From Octopus sinensis (taxonomy: Eukaryota), in assembly GCF_006345805.1 (NCBI RefSeq), contig NC_043003.1, positions 115,692,001 to 115,756,000 of the forward strand: a stretch of DNA of 64,000 bases. The letters run 5' to 3'. A model generated the notes under the pieces. The model searched no databases and was not told where the DNA came from. It saw nothing but the letters and a program-made list of their open reading frames with translations. This document shows, one piece after another, positions 39,318 to 51,714 of this stretch. Each line of letters begins with the position of its first letter. The first letter of the stretch is position 1. The position numbers and the translations under genes were made by a program.

Positions 39318-39707
39318 TGTACTTAAACTAGAACATGTTTCAAATAAAAGAGTTAAATATACGTAATGATAAAATTTCATCAAGGATGCTGTTATCAGAG
39401 CCGGAAGGATTTTTGAAAATTCGTATGTCCGTTAATAACTCACATGGTTGGATAAAATACCACAAGCAACGTTGGTTAATATGCTTCCACTCAGTCTGCT
39501 TAAGTAAAATACAGGAGACTCCTTGACATAAATAAAGGGGTTTTATATGTTGGTAGAAAATACTCAAGCGCAACACCAACCCTATGAGCTAGTGCATCTC
39601 ACATCCAGGAACACATGGCAGTAACAGAGGAGACAAAAGTCACCCTAAAACAGGGGAATCTATCAGATCTAATGAAGCCTCAGACGCATTACCACAGAAT
39701 CATGTAA

Positions 39708-40201
39708 TCTTTATATATAAAAGTGAAGTTGTGTGTCTGTCTCCTACGATTTAGATTCCTAACTACTCCCACATTTTGAGGTGTAGTTTAACCAAAACCG
39801 GGTATCTTATAGTCGTGATTCATATCGAGCCCTTCTGGGTATTAGCGCGCGTCTACGATGAGTCTACGATTTAAAAAATTACCATCATTTCTTTCCATTT
39901 CAATGCATTTTTTCGCTATTATATAAGGGAAGTAACTCTCTAAGAATGTCTACGATGAGTCAACGATTTAAAAAAAATTACCATCATTTTCTTTTCCATT
40001 TCAATGCATTTTTTCGATATTATATAAGGGAGGTAACTCTCTAAGAATGTCTGCGAAGAGTCAACGATTTAAAAAAAAAATTACCCTCATTTTTTTCCAT
40101 TTTTAATGCACTTTTTTGTTATTTTTTAGCTATAACTCTCTAAAAATGCTTATATAGTTATTTCCTTTACAAACCCGAGCAACGCCGGGCGATACTGCTA
40201 G
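39708..40201 (+). mobile_element. Non-autonomous Helitron (3 internal units)
   Basis: A|TC...hairpin...CTAG|T termini; the internal ~100-bp unit occurs three times. Confidence 0.9.
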
Positions 40202-40525
40202 TTAACAATAAATTTGAAGCCTCTCGCAGAATGAACATTTTCCCATCGGTAAACAACTGCTGCTTTAATTTCACATCGCAGTGCTCTCTTTTTTCCATTA
40301 AGTAATATATTCTAAGGTATTATCAATCAGCATCAAGCCCACGTATATCACAGGTATTGGTGGTTGATGCACAAGTTACGATGCATTGAGCTGTTCTGAG
40401 TTCGTGCTAAGCCCTTTGCTTACCGATGATCATACTCCACATTATAATATCAGAAGGTTCAATAAAGAAGGTGCAGTTAACTAATGCTTGTATGTTTCTA
40501 CTTGTTGAGTGGTAGCTACATGTGA

Positions 40526-40899
40526 GTGGAGGCGCAATGGCCCAGTGGTTAGGGCAGCGGACTCGCAGTTTCGATTCCTAGACCGGGCGTTGTGAGTGTT
40601 TATTGAGCGAAAACACCTAAAGCTCCACGAGGCTCCGGCAGGGGATGGTGGTGATCCCTGCTGTACTCTTTCACCACAACTTTCTCTCACTCTTACTTCC
40701 TGTTTCTGTTGTACCTGTATTTCAAAGGGCCGGCCTTGTCACTCTCTGTGTCACGCTGAATATCCCCGAGAACTACGTTAAGAGTACACGTGTCTGTGGA
40801 GTGCTCAGCCACTTACATGTTAATTTCACAAGCAGGCTGTTCCGTTGATTCGGATCAACCGGAACCCTCATCGTCGTAACCGACGGAGTGCTTCCATCC
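40526..40899 (+). mobile_element. SINE-A with 10-bp TSD
   Basis: agctacatgt at 40514-40523 and 40900-40909; small deletion in the head. Confidence 0.92.
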
Positions 40900-41105
40900 A
40901 GCTACATGTAGAAAACTTATATTATACACTCTGGAATTTTCATTGGCCTTGTTCATTACTGTGCAGTTTTTTTAGACTGAAGATACAGTTGATGCTGAGA
41001 AACTCTATCTGTATTTGGGATCACTTGTTCGTCTGAGCCCCTACCTGTAGGCAGAATAGTAGGTATTGTGATAGGAATGACGTAAGCGTTCACGATATTT
41101 AGAAA

Positions 41106-41336
41106 GGCGGCGAGCTGGCAGAAACGTTAGCACGCCGGGCGAAATGCTTATCGGTATTTCGTCTGCCGCTACGTTCTGAGTTCAAATTCCGCCGAGGTCG
41201 ACTTTGCCTTTCATCCTTTCGGGGTCGATTAAATAAGTACCAGTTTCGTACTGGGGTCGATATAATCGACTTAATCTGTTTGTCTGTCATTGTTTGGCCT
41301 CTCTGTGTTTAGCCCCTTGTGGGTAGTAAAGAAAGA
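41106..41336 (+). mobile_element. tRNA-derived SINE, family C, with 13-bp TSD
   Basis: ggcggcgagctggcagaaacg...gagttcaaattcc (A/B-box-like); gatatttagaaag on both sides. Confidence 0.92.
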
Positions 41337-41732
41337 GATATTTAGAAAGTATGTGCTCTTGTACAAACCCATCAAGCGAATGCCCTTCCCCCAAACAATT
41401 CCCACCAACTTGCAGACTTACCAATTTCAAACTAATTTTGTCAGTTCAAATGTGGACGGCCACTGACCATTTCAAATTTACTTTTATTACCTTTTACAGA
41501 TGCGCCACAGCCTTAAGTCTCTCGATTTCTACAAAATACACTAAGATCTTTGGAAAAACGGTGTATTATTTCCATTGCCAAGAAGAATCAATATGTTCCT
41601 GGCAGCTAGCATCCTGTCAAACTCAATTTCTATATCACAAAGTTTATGGAATCAACCATAAAACGGCGTTCATCAGAATATTTCCTCCACTCATTCTCTT
41701 TTGTTCTTCAATTCTTATGTTATATATATAAC

Positions 41733-42138
41733 ACAGGAGTGGCTGTCTGGTAAGTAGCTTGCTTACCAGCCACATGGTTCCGGGTTCAGTCCCACTGCGT
41801 GGCATCTTGGGCAAGTGTCTTCTGATATAGCCTCGGGCCGACCAAAGCCTTGAGTGGATTTGGTAGAAGGAAACTGAAAGAAGCCTGTCGTATATATGTA
41901 TATATATATATATGTGTGTGCGTGTATGTCTGTGTGTCTGTGTTTGTCCTCCTAGCATTGCTTGACAACCGATGCTGGTGTGTTTATGTCCTCGTCACTT
42001 AGCGGTTCGGCAAAAGGGACCGATAGAATAAGTACTGGGCTTACAGAGAATAAGTCCCGGGGTCGAGTTGCTCGATTAAAGGCGGTGCTCCAGCATGTCC
42101 GCAGTCAAATGACTGAAACAAGTGAAATAGTAAAAGAG
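41733..42138 (+). mobile_element. SINE-B, near full length
   Basis: Matches family B throughout. Confidence 0.9.
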
Positions 42139-42975
42139 TTATATATATGTGTGTGTGTGTGTTCATTCCACTTCTTCACCCTCTCTCTTTACTTTTCCTT
42201 CAAAAAGTACCAAATCATATGGATACCTACACTCGTAGGTTCTAGACTTACAGAAATGATAGTTTCTTTTCCTGGACATCCGAAACTATTTCAACTAACT
42301 GAAATGCCTATAGCACCCATCCTGTTCCACTTCCTTGGTCAACATCCTACTACATCACACCATCGTCTCATATATGAAGAGAGATATTTATTTCATACCT
42401 ACACTCTTCGTTTGGACCGTTACGACTATTTACATATATCTTTGCGTGTTGTGACTATTTCTCTTCATCCATGCTTTAGGTGTTTACACGTGAATCATTT
42501 CACAAGTTTCTAAATTTCAGTTTTTCACTTTTGATTTGCTCTGATTTGCAAGAATAATGCATTCGAATTCATGTAGTTTTCCTCGATTTTCCTTTCTCTC
42601 TCTTTATGTTTTCGGAAACTTACAGCCTAATCGCTTTCTATTTGCACTTGTTATGTGGGCAGCTGTTATTACGATGCTTTCGTTGCATTTACTGCTTTAT
42701 TTCAATGACGTTTTTACTGGATGTTTCGCTGTTTAAAATAGAAAAATTCCTTGAGAGCCGAGCTTTCAGTTTTGTCTACATGCTTATCGTTTTCTCTTTT
42801 AGTTTTTTATGCTAAACTGTGCCTTTGCTATCGAGATTTCTTATTCAAGATTGTTTAGATCAATGGTTCTCAGCTATTTATTACATATGAAGCCCTTTAA
42901 TTCCAGTTTTCAGTTGGGCGGACATTCATAACCATTCTCTGTTTTAAAAATTCCTATTATATTTTTATAATTAAA

Positions 42976-43490
42976 CTAGCAGTATCGCCCGGCGTTGCTC
43001 GGGTTTGCAAGGGAAATAACTATATAAGCATTTTTAGAGAGTTACTTCCCTTATAGATGCCAATTCTGGCTTTCTTAGCCATTTCTGTTTTGGTATCTTC
43101 AAGCCATGAAGTCGTTGTGCTAAAAGAACGCTGGTCTCCTTGACAACGCTTTACGACGTTGATTTCCTTACACTCCCTTCCCCACAGCTTCACGAGGGAG
43201 GGAAGAAGGGGGAGAAGCAAACACAGGTGCAGGTGTGACCATGGACGCCAACTCCGCCGCCATCGACACACGAAAAATTATGCATTAAAATGGAATAAAA
43301 AATGATGTTAAATTATTTTTAAAATCGTAGACTCATCGTAGACGCGCGCTAATAGCCAGACGGGTTTGATATTAATCACGACTATAAGATACCCGGTTTT
43401 AGTTAAACTGCACCGCAAAATGTGGGAGTAGTTAGGAATCTAAATCGAAGGGGACAGACACTCACACAACTACAGTTTTATATATATAGA
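42976..43490 (-). mobile_element. Non-autonomous Helitron with an extra ~215-bp GC-richer internal segment (43056-43270)
   Basis: Minus-strand A|TC start at 43490, hairpin and CTAG|T end at 42976. Confidence 0.88.
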
Positions 43491-44454
43491 TATTATTAGC
43501 ATCTCTATAAAAAATTGCTAAAAATTCTTTGCGCATCTTAGACAGTGCAAATGAATTTTAACAAAATCTTAGAGGGATCCCAAAGGGTCATATAGATCTC
43601 CGTTTCGAACAACTGGTTTAGACGTTGATCGATATGAATCAAGTTAATATATGAGTGTTCATGCTGAAAATACGATAATCTCAATTGTTAAAAGAAATCT
43701 GAGTCTAATATGATATAATCTCTACCATATTTTAATTGAAGAGTGTTATATAAGGGAAGATTTTGCTGGCATTTCTAGTAGACCAACTGCCCTTATGAGG
43801 ATCCTCCATTTTGGTGGGTTTCTAATTCCGATTAGAAAGATGAACCTAAATATTTTTGTTTTGCAAGATACATTTTCTGGAAATTATTTTGTGTTGTATA
43901 TAAATACTATGTTGCTTATTATCGTGTTTAAATAATATAGAGTTGTTTCCTTTCTGTAGATTGGAAAAGGAATTTTATTTGTTTCTCAGTCATGTTCCTT
44001 GTAACGACGATACGTTCGTGGAACGAGAAGATGAAACAAAGTTAAAAGATTTGATGCTCCTAGTTAGGTACTGATTGACCATGTCTTAGTTTCGGTTAAT
44101 TGCAAGCTACACAGATTTTACACGACTGATATTTTTGCATTAATGTAGAGAATATTATATTTTTTTTAAACGATTCCATTGTTGCATTTGTATATTTAGC
44201 CTATTAGGAAGCAAACGTCGTACTTTGAAAACTTTTACCATCAATCTTCATATTAATAATTGATTTTTACTTAATTTTGATTTCAGGTGATATCTGAGAA
44301 AAGAATATTCAACCGCGATACGAAGATCTGTTAGAAACATCTGACTTAATGAGCACAGAGGCTAAGGATAAAGATATCACAATGAAGTCGAACAATCAAT
44401 CTCATTCCTGATTACGGACACGTAAAGAGGCATCATTTCCTATTCTATATTCTT

Positions 44455-44605
44455 CCTTAGGGTGAGTTCAAGTAACGCTGGAATCGACTTTGTGTTTCTT
44501 TCTTTCCGGGTCGATAACAACAGTAACCGTTGCGTACAGAGGTCGATGTAATTGACACACCACCTCCATCGAAATTGCTGACGTTGTGCCAAAATTTGAA
44601 ATCAG
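44455..44605 (+). mobile_element. Old SINE-C-related fragment
   Basis: gagttcaa...tcgacttt...ggtcgata...ggtcgatgtaattgac...gtgccaaaatttgaaatc. Confidence 0.55.
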
Positions 44606-46040
44606 TAACTTTTGTTAGTGTATGTCTGTGTGAGTATGAAATCGTGTATGTATGAAGAGATGGAAGCTAAGATAAAGAAAGATAAGGAAGAATGTCTATG
44701 CACATAGAAAAATGGTCCCCTAATTAGGAATTGTGATGGAATGCAAATCAATGAATTTTTCAAGATGTTTTATATAAAAATACTGTACAAAACCTACATT
44801 AATGCTTCGAAGAATCCTAGTTCACTTTGTAGTATTGCAGTAGAACTTTCTTTTAATGTTAACTGTTGATTGCAACGGAATGCCTAGCGTGTTGTTTGAT
44901 TGGTTAGTTTCCTAAAATAAAAGCTGATACAAAGGGAAGGAAAATAGTTTCATTGTTTTTATGTAAATGCAACAGTTTAGGTCTAGTCTGTAAGGTAAGG
45001 CGTCGTGAGCGTTTTCATGCGTACTTTTCATACTTCAAAAAATGCACTAAAAAGCGTATATCATTTCTACATTTGCTAGGGTGACGTGGTGCATTGTTTG
45101 AGGAAAGTGAGGAGGGCTTTTAATGAGCCATAAAGATCAAAAGAATGCTGCTGAATAAATTAATGGCCGGGCAAAACAAAATCGAGTGTAAATAAACAAA
45201 TATAAAATAATGCTTAAGCGTTGAAAATCTACACAGACGTGTTTGTCATTGAGTAGTAGCGATGTTATATAGAATGTTCCAACAAAAGGAACTCGTTAAT
45301 GCTCGTCCTTTTTTACAATTTTGTTTCTATGGTTTTGATTATTCTGCATAGGAGTTTATACAAACACCACCTTCAACAAATATCGATTTCGAAAAACAAT
45401 TATAATTATAACGATAATGATAATAATAAAGGCAATATCATTACAAAATACAAATACCACAAAAGAAAACAAAAGAAATTAAACAACGGCGATAAGAGTA
45501 CAATACAAAAAACAACATATGGCTTTATCCTCTATAATAAACGTAGCCGAGTGAATTCCGTTATTAATAAAACTAACGCCAACAAAATAATATATTTATT
45601 TACGTATTTATTTATTTATCCATTTATTTATTTATTTTTAGTTGAAAGCTAGCGAACTCGTCAAGCAGATTGCTGAGCCCTTTACTGGTTGAAGAGAATT
45701 CATCGATCAGGAGAGGCATAGAAGTCATCACATCGCAACTCTCTAAATTTATTGCTATAATGCACTTTAAAATATTTTAGCCATCAATAGCTAAAGTCAT
45801 ACGAATCCCTGTGTTACATTTCAATTTGCTTAAAGAACTCATACATATGTGTGTGTGTGAGATGTGAATGTGCGTGTATGCAAGTATATGTGTGTGCGGA
45901 CATGTGTTTACATATTTACATATGTATATCTATCTATATCAATATCCATCCTTCTATCTATCTATCTATCTATCTATCTGTCTATCTATCTATTTGTCTA
46001 TCTATCAATCTATCTATATATGTATGTATATGTATATATA

Positions 46041-46081
<41 letters not shown>

Positions 46082-46122
46082 ATGTATATATGTATATATA
46101 TATGTATGTATGCATATATATG

Positions 46123-46207
<85 letters not shown>

Positions 46208-46208
46208 A

Positions 46209-48105
46209 TTTTAATTTAAGTTTCAGCTCAGAGCTGCGGCCATGCTGATGCACCGCCGTTTTGCGCGACACTGTTATTACTAGGAGCCTCGTCTAATATG
46301 TGACACTTGATGAAGAATGGACCTTGATATAGCTACCCTCGTTTGCATCTCTTGCCGTGAGGTAGGCTCATCTGGGACTCTCGACAGGAAGAGGTCCAGC
46401 TTTGATTTAAAAACCCCTACATCTACTGTGTACAAGTTCCTCAGATTTTTGGGAGAATATAAAAAAGTTGTGGGCCCTTGAAACCCAGACTGTTACAGTA
46501 ACTGGTCCTGAAGCGTGATGGCATTGCTGGGATCTTTGACACCATGCAGTGTCGTCCCGTTCTGGCATTGGTGTAGCTTTAAATGCCAAAGTTTGGAACA
46601 ATTCCTTCCAGGATCTTCCAGATATATATTACTGCATACCTCTCCCGTCTTCTCTCCAGGGAGTAGAGTCTTAGCTGTTTCAACCTTTCCCAGTAGCTGA
46701 GCTGTTGCAAAGAGACGATCTTCTTTGTGAATCTTCTCTGGATTGCTTCAAGGTCCGCTGTTAATCTCACACTGGTGGGTTAATCTCACACTGTGAGCAG
46801 TAATCCAGGCGGCTGAGGACGAATATCCGCCAGAGGACCATCATGGTTTCCTTATCTCTGGTTCTGAATGTTCTTAGGATCCATCCAGCCAGTCGTCTGC
46901 ACTTTGTCGCCATCCTGGTAAGGTGCACTTGGAAAGAGGTATCATAAATCATGTCGATACCCAGGTCCCTAACTGAATTAGGCTCTGGGATTGAAATTCC
47001 CCGTGGACCGGTGTACTCTGTAGGTTTAATATTCAGTTTTGGATGCTGGTAGCGCAGGGCCTGGAATTTTTCAGCATTAAACTGCATATTATTATCCTCA
47101 GCGCATCTGTAAATTGAGTCCAAATCCTGCTGCAGGTGTGCAACATGACTGGGGTTCTGTATTTTCTGTGAGACTTTCGTATCATCTGCATAGATTGCCA
47201 GAGTGGTTAGCCGGGCATTTGAGGGCATATCTGAAAGGGCCACCATAAAATGCAGTGGTCCCAAGACAGTGCCCTGTGGAACACCACTCACTATTTGTGT
47301 GTTCATAGAGGTGGCTCTTTTAGCCACTACTGCCTGACTCCTATCTTTCAGGAAGTCAAGTAACCACACTCCAAGTTTTCCAGCTATGCCGAGGTCACAC
47401 AGTTTGTGGCATATCATACCATGATCCACCTTGTCAAAAGCTTTTGCAAAACCAAGGCATATTACATCCACATGTGATTTGTTGAGTAACTGCCTCAACA
47501 TCTAGTCATAATGTTGTAAGAACTGGGTCAGGCAGCTCCTACCTGGTCGAAAACCAAGTTATTTTTTTCAAAGAATGCGATTAGTTTCTCTCTGATTATC
47601 CGTTCCATGACTTTGCTGATGTGTGAAGTCAGAGAGATAGGCCTATAGTTTTTGGCATCTGCTCTACTTCCCCCTTTATGTATTGGGCATATTATTCCCT
47701 CCTTCAGCTTGCTTGGCAGTTTGCCATTTGTAAGAAAGCTCTGGAAGAGAATCTGGAGAGGTTTTGCCAGGGCATGTTTACACGATTTAAGTAGGATTGC
47801 TGGGAAACCATCAGGACCAGCAGTTGAGTTTGTGTCCACTTCATCTATGGCTAGTAGTACATCTTCCCTAATGTCAATGTGGTCTATTGTAACGGCCTCG
47901 CTGGTTATAGGTGAGGCGGCAAAGAAGTCCACTAGTTCATTCACTTGTCTGTCTTCCAACGGGGTTGTAAAGACACCTTTGAACTGGTCATTCAGTATCT
48001 CACTGATCTTAGTTGGACTGTCTGTGAGGGAGCCATCCTTTTGGAGGAGGGGGTCCTATCTTGTAGTGCACTGAGGCTGTTTCTTTCGCGTAATGAAAGA
48101 AGGCC
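46209..48105 (-). mobile_element. CR1-like LINE, 5'-truncated (~1.9 kb), frameshifted RT with intact 3' end
   Basis: GPDGFPAILLK, PIHKGGSRADAKNYRPISLTSHISKVMER, FAKAFDKVDH, SGVPQGTVLGP, YADDTK, SRLDYCSQ, YSLERRRERY, FKSKLDLFLSRVPDEP; microsatellites at both ends. Confidence 0.93.
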
Positions 48106-48117
48106 TATATATATATA

Positions 48118-48165
<48 letters not shown>

Positions 48166-48485
48166 TATATATTATATATATATAAGAAATAATTGAGATT
48201 CAGTTTAATTAAATATTTAAGTTGAAGCACCAAGCACAGCTCGAAGTATGGTAAGTAAAATCAAAATAAGCAACACCGTATCAATTGGTGATGCAGTACG
48301 ACCGTTTCAAGGGGCCCCCATTCAATTGAACAATACAATAATTACATATTTTAAAATGCAATACAATCATCGGCAGCACAAATAAATAAATAGTATTTTA
48401 ACTAGTTGGACACATTTATATAATTTTTCTCAGATGTTTTAACAGATCAAGATGATGGAAGAAATTCATGTTGTTGCTATTGTAG

Positions 48486-48718
48486 CTAAGAATAGCACAT
48501 TACACTTCCAAGAGTCTCACGAAGCCCAATGGGTTCATATCTTACGCATTTTTTCTCTCCTTGTTTCTCTCCTTGTTTCTTGCCTGTGTATCTTTCTGTC
48601 GAAGAGCGTAGGCTCGAAACGCAAAATACTTTTTCTATTCCTGAGCGCCATACTAATACATTTGTTTGTTTGTACTCCACCTGCCTTCGTCTTTTGGTTA
48701 TTTTCGTAAACCTTCCCG

Positions 48719-48720
<2 letters not shown>
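48486..48720 (+). mobile_element. (TA)n-abutting PLE-like element with hammerhead-like motif at 48591-48629
   Basis: ttt-ctgtcgaa-gagc.gtag.gctc-gaaac-gca-aaa; related to 61099-61230 (minus) and to a decayed copy at ~33800-33900. Confidence 0.5.
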
Positions 48721-48763
<43 letters not shown>

Positions 48764-48765
48764 TA

Positions 48766-49345
48766 CAGAGGGTGTTTCAAAAGTCTGTTACATTCTAAGA
48801 ACACTTATGTCATGAACTACAAATGGTAGCATGATTGAACTGGTACCATTTTAAAACTAAATGTCTCAAGCTTTCTCCCGTTAATTTAATTTTCATTTAG
48901 TTAATTAAATAAAAAAATGTTTGTCTCTTTTCAGATCCAATAGTTTTATTCGCAAAACAAGGAAATCATTTTGTGTACTCGAATACGCTAAAACTGAATC
49001 ATGGATACGTGTTCAACGCGAGGTTTGTACAACTTTTACAAAGCAGGCATTAGGCAAAAGTTCCATTTTCAATTGGCATGCAAAATTTAAAAACCGGGCG
49101 TATTTGTGCCCCGCAAAAAGAACAGGACGTCCATCAACTTCGGCAGAACAAGTTCAGCAAGCCTTCCAGCTCAGTCCCAAGAAATCAGTCAGAATGGCCA
49201 ATGAAGAACTCCAGCTCCCATCAACAACAGTTTGGCGCGTCTTCAAGAGACGGCTGCAGTTCCCGCCATCCAAGCTGCAATCAGTTCTGAAGTTGCAGAA
49301 CACTGATAAACCTATTCGCCATGAATTCTGCATAGGGTCTTTATA
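48766..49345 (+). mobile_element. Tc1/mariner-superfamily (maT/DD37D-DD41D-like) transposon 5' part: TIR and N-terminal DNA-binding region
   Basis: TA|cagagggtgtttcaaaagt end; KSFCVLEYAKTESWIRVQR...KRTGRPSTS...SPKKSVR...TTVWRVFKRRL; catalytic domain absent. Confidence 0.8.
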
Positions 49346-49802
49346 TTAATATTTGTTATTATGCTCATTTATAATGAAAACAGTTTTTGCTTTAAACTGA
49401 AGTTTTACTCCATAATTATGTAGAGTACAAACTTATTTTCATTAACAACAATATTATTAGTAGTGACTTCGGACTTTCGGGTAGTTAAGACTTAATAGAC
49501 AGTATGGCGATGGGTTGGCTGGTGTGGATGTGTGTCGGGAGGTTTGTATCACAACCGCAAAGATCCGGGTTCAATCCCACTGCCTGTCACCTCCGGCAAA
49601 TTTTTTTCTAATATAGTCTCGTGTCGACCAATGTGAGTTGATTTTGAAGACGGAAACTGGTAGTAGTTTGTCGTGCATGTATATATGTGTGTGTGTTTGT
49701 GTGTGTCTGTGTATGTGTGTATACGCGTGTGTGTGTGTATTTGTGTGTGTGCGTGTGTATGTGTGTGGTGCGTGTGTGTGTACATATTTTTTCTTTTTCT
49801 TT

Positions 49803-50195
49803 TTCTTTTACTTGTTTCAGTCATTTGACTGTGGCCATTCTGGAGCATCGCCTTTAGTCGAGTAAATCAACCCCAGGACTTATTCTTTGTAAGCCTGGTA
49901 CTTATTCTATCGGGCTCTTTTACCGAACCGCTAAGTTTCAGAGACATAACCACACCAGCATCGGTTGTCAAGCGATGTTGAGGGGACAAACACAGTCACA
50001 CAAACATACACACACACACATACATATATGTACATATATATACGACGAGCTTCTTTCAGTTTCCGTCTACCAAATCCACTCACAAGGCTTTAGTCGGCCC
50101 GAGCATGAAGTAGAAGACACATGCCCAAGGTGCCACACAGTGGGACTGAACCCGGAACCATGTGATTGGTAAGCAAGCTACTTACCACACAGCAA
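49803..50195 (-). mobile_element. SINE-B
   Basis: Reverse complement of family B; an older plus-strand head fragment lies at ~49520-49680. Confidence 0.9.
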
Positions 50196-50530
50196 TTCCA
50201 TGTGACAATCTTAATATATATTTTATAAATGAATTGTACAAACACTCCATCTATGTTGATAAAGTTACGTATTCTGAACGCATAGTCTATCGGCTTAGTA
50301 TATCTAGATTTATGTAATATAGTCTTATATAAACCTTATTTTTAATCATTGTCACTAAATTAAGCTTAGATTCAAGGAGAGATGATTGTAATATTTCATT
50401 TCGTCTAAATAAAGTTAACTTGTAATTTGATTTCACATGTTAAATCTCTGAAATTTAAATTCTACATTTGATCGGCAGTTCCTCATTCTTGGAAAAAGTG
50501 GAGTTAGTGAGCACAGGTTATATACATATA

Positions 50531-50630
<100 letters not shown>

Positions 50631-50635
50631 CTTTA

Positions 50636-50942
50636 CTGTCAACTTAACGTGACAGTAAGGGAATTACACCACCGCCGTGTAGCCCTAGGAAGCATCGACG
50701 CTTCCTGTCGGCCTCGACACATTTCCTGTGTCCTTATATATTTACGAAGGGGAGACAAATATCCCCAACAGCTAGGCCTGCATCTAGAGACACGCAGGCG
50801 TAGCTGTTGGGGGTATTTGTCTCCCCTTCGTAAATATATAAGGACACAGGAAATGTGTCAAGGCGGACAGGAAGCGTCGACGCCTCCTAGGGCTAAACGG
50901 CGGTGGTGGTGTAATTCCCTTACTGTCACGTTAAGTTGACAG
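50636..50942. mobile_element. 307-bp near-perfect palindromic element (foldback MITE) with TA TSD
   Basis: Arms 50634-50781 and 50794-50944 (including the TA) differ by 7 substitutions and one 3-nt indel; 12-nt spacer. Confidence 0.88.
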
Positions 50943-51007
50943 TATACAACCACTCTATCGCTCCACCACCGTACATATCTCTATGAAATATTTAGAAGTT
51001 TAATATT

Positions 51008-51089
<82 letters not shown>

Positions 51090-51714
51090 CACATAGATAG
51101 AAAGATAGATAGATACATACATACATACACACATACATACATACATACATACATACACATGTATACGTATATTGTATGGATGTGTGTTAATAGTTTTTAG
51201 AGAAAATGCATTTGGTAATAGTTTTACAAACGTTAGATTATTTCTTTTTATACTTGATGTATATATTCAGGGATCAACTGTAAACTTGTCACCTGGCCTG
51301 AGGCAGGAATTTTTGAGGGGCACTAATTCACATTCAAATCTTTCTGTTGTATTCCGTAATTCTTCAACTACTGCACTCCAACGAATATATTAGCGTTGCC
51401 AGCATCTGAACCACAAATATTATCTTCATTATTAAAACTATAAATGATACGAGAAAGAAAACAATGATGACCAGTTCTGTATCATCGACAGTTCCATCCA
51501 AATTCTGACAAAATTGCCAAAGAAAAATAATTCAATTTGCACCAAAACAATTATCATCTGACAAATAATAGCAATATTGGCTCCAGTACCCTACTCCACT
51601 TCATATCTCACTAAAACCGTTATTACAAGTACAACCGTTTGTATCACATCGATACATTCACGGATTCCAAGAAATAAAAAATATTTGATGAAATAGTAGT
51701 GTTACTATCCTCTC

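Noticed and set aside
44260-44420. Strong-looking splice acceptor (ttttgatttcag|gtgatatc)
   Set aside because: All three downstream frames hit stops within 16 codons; no coding exon can be supported (a non-coding exon is not excluded)
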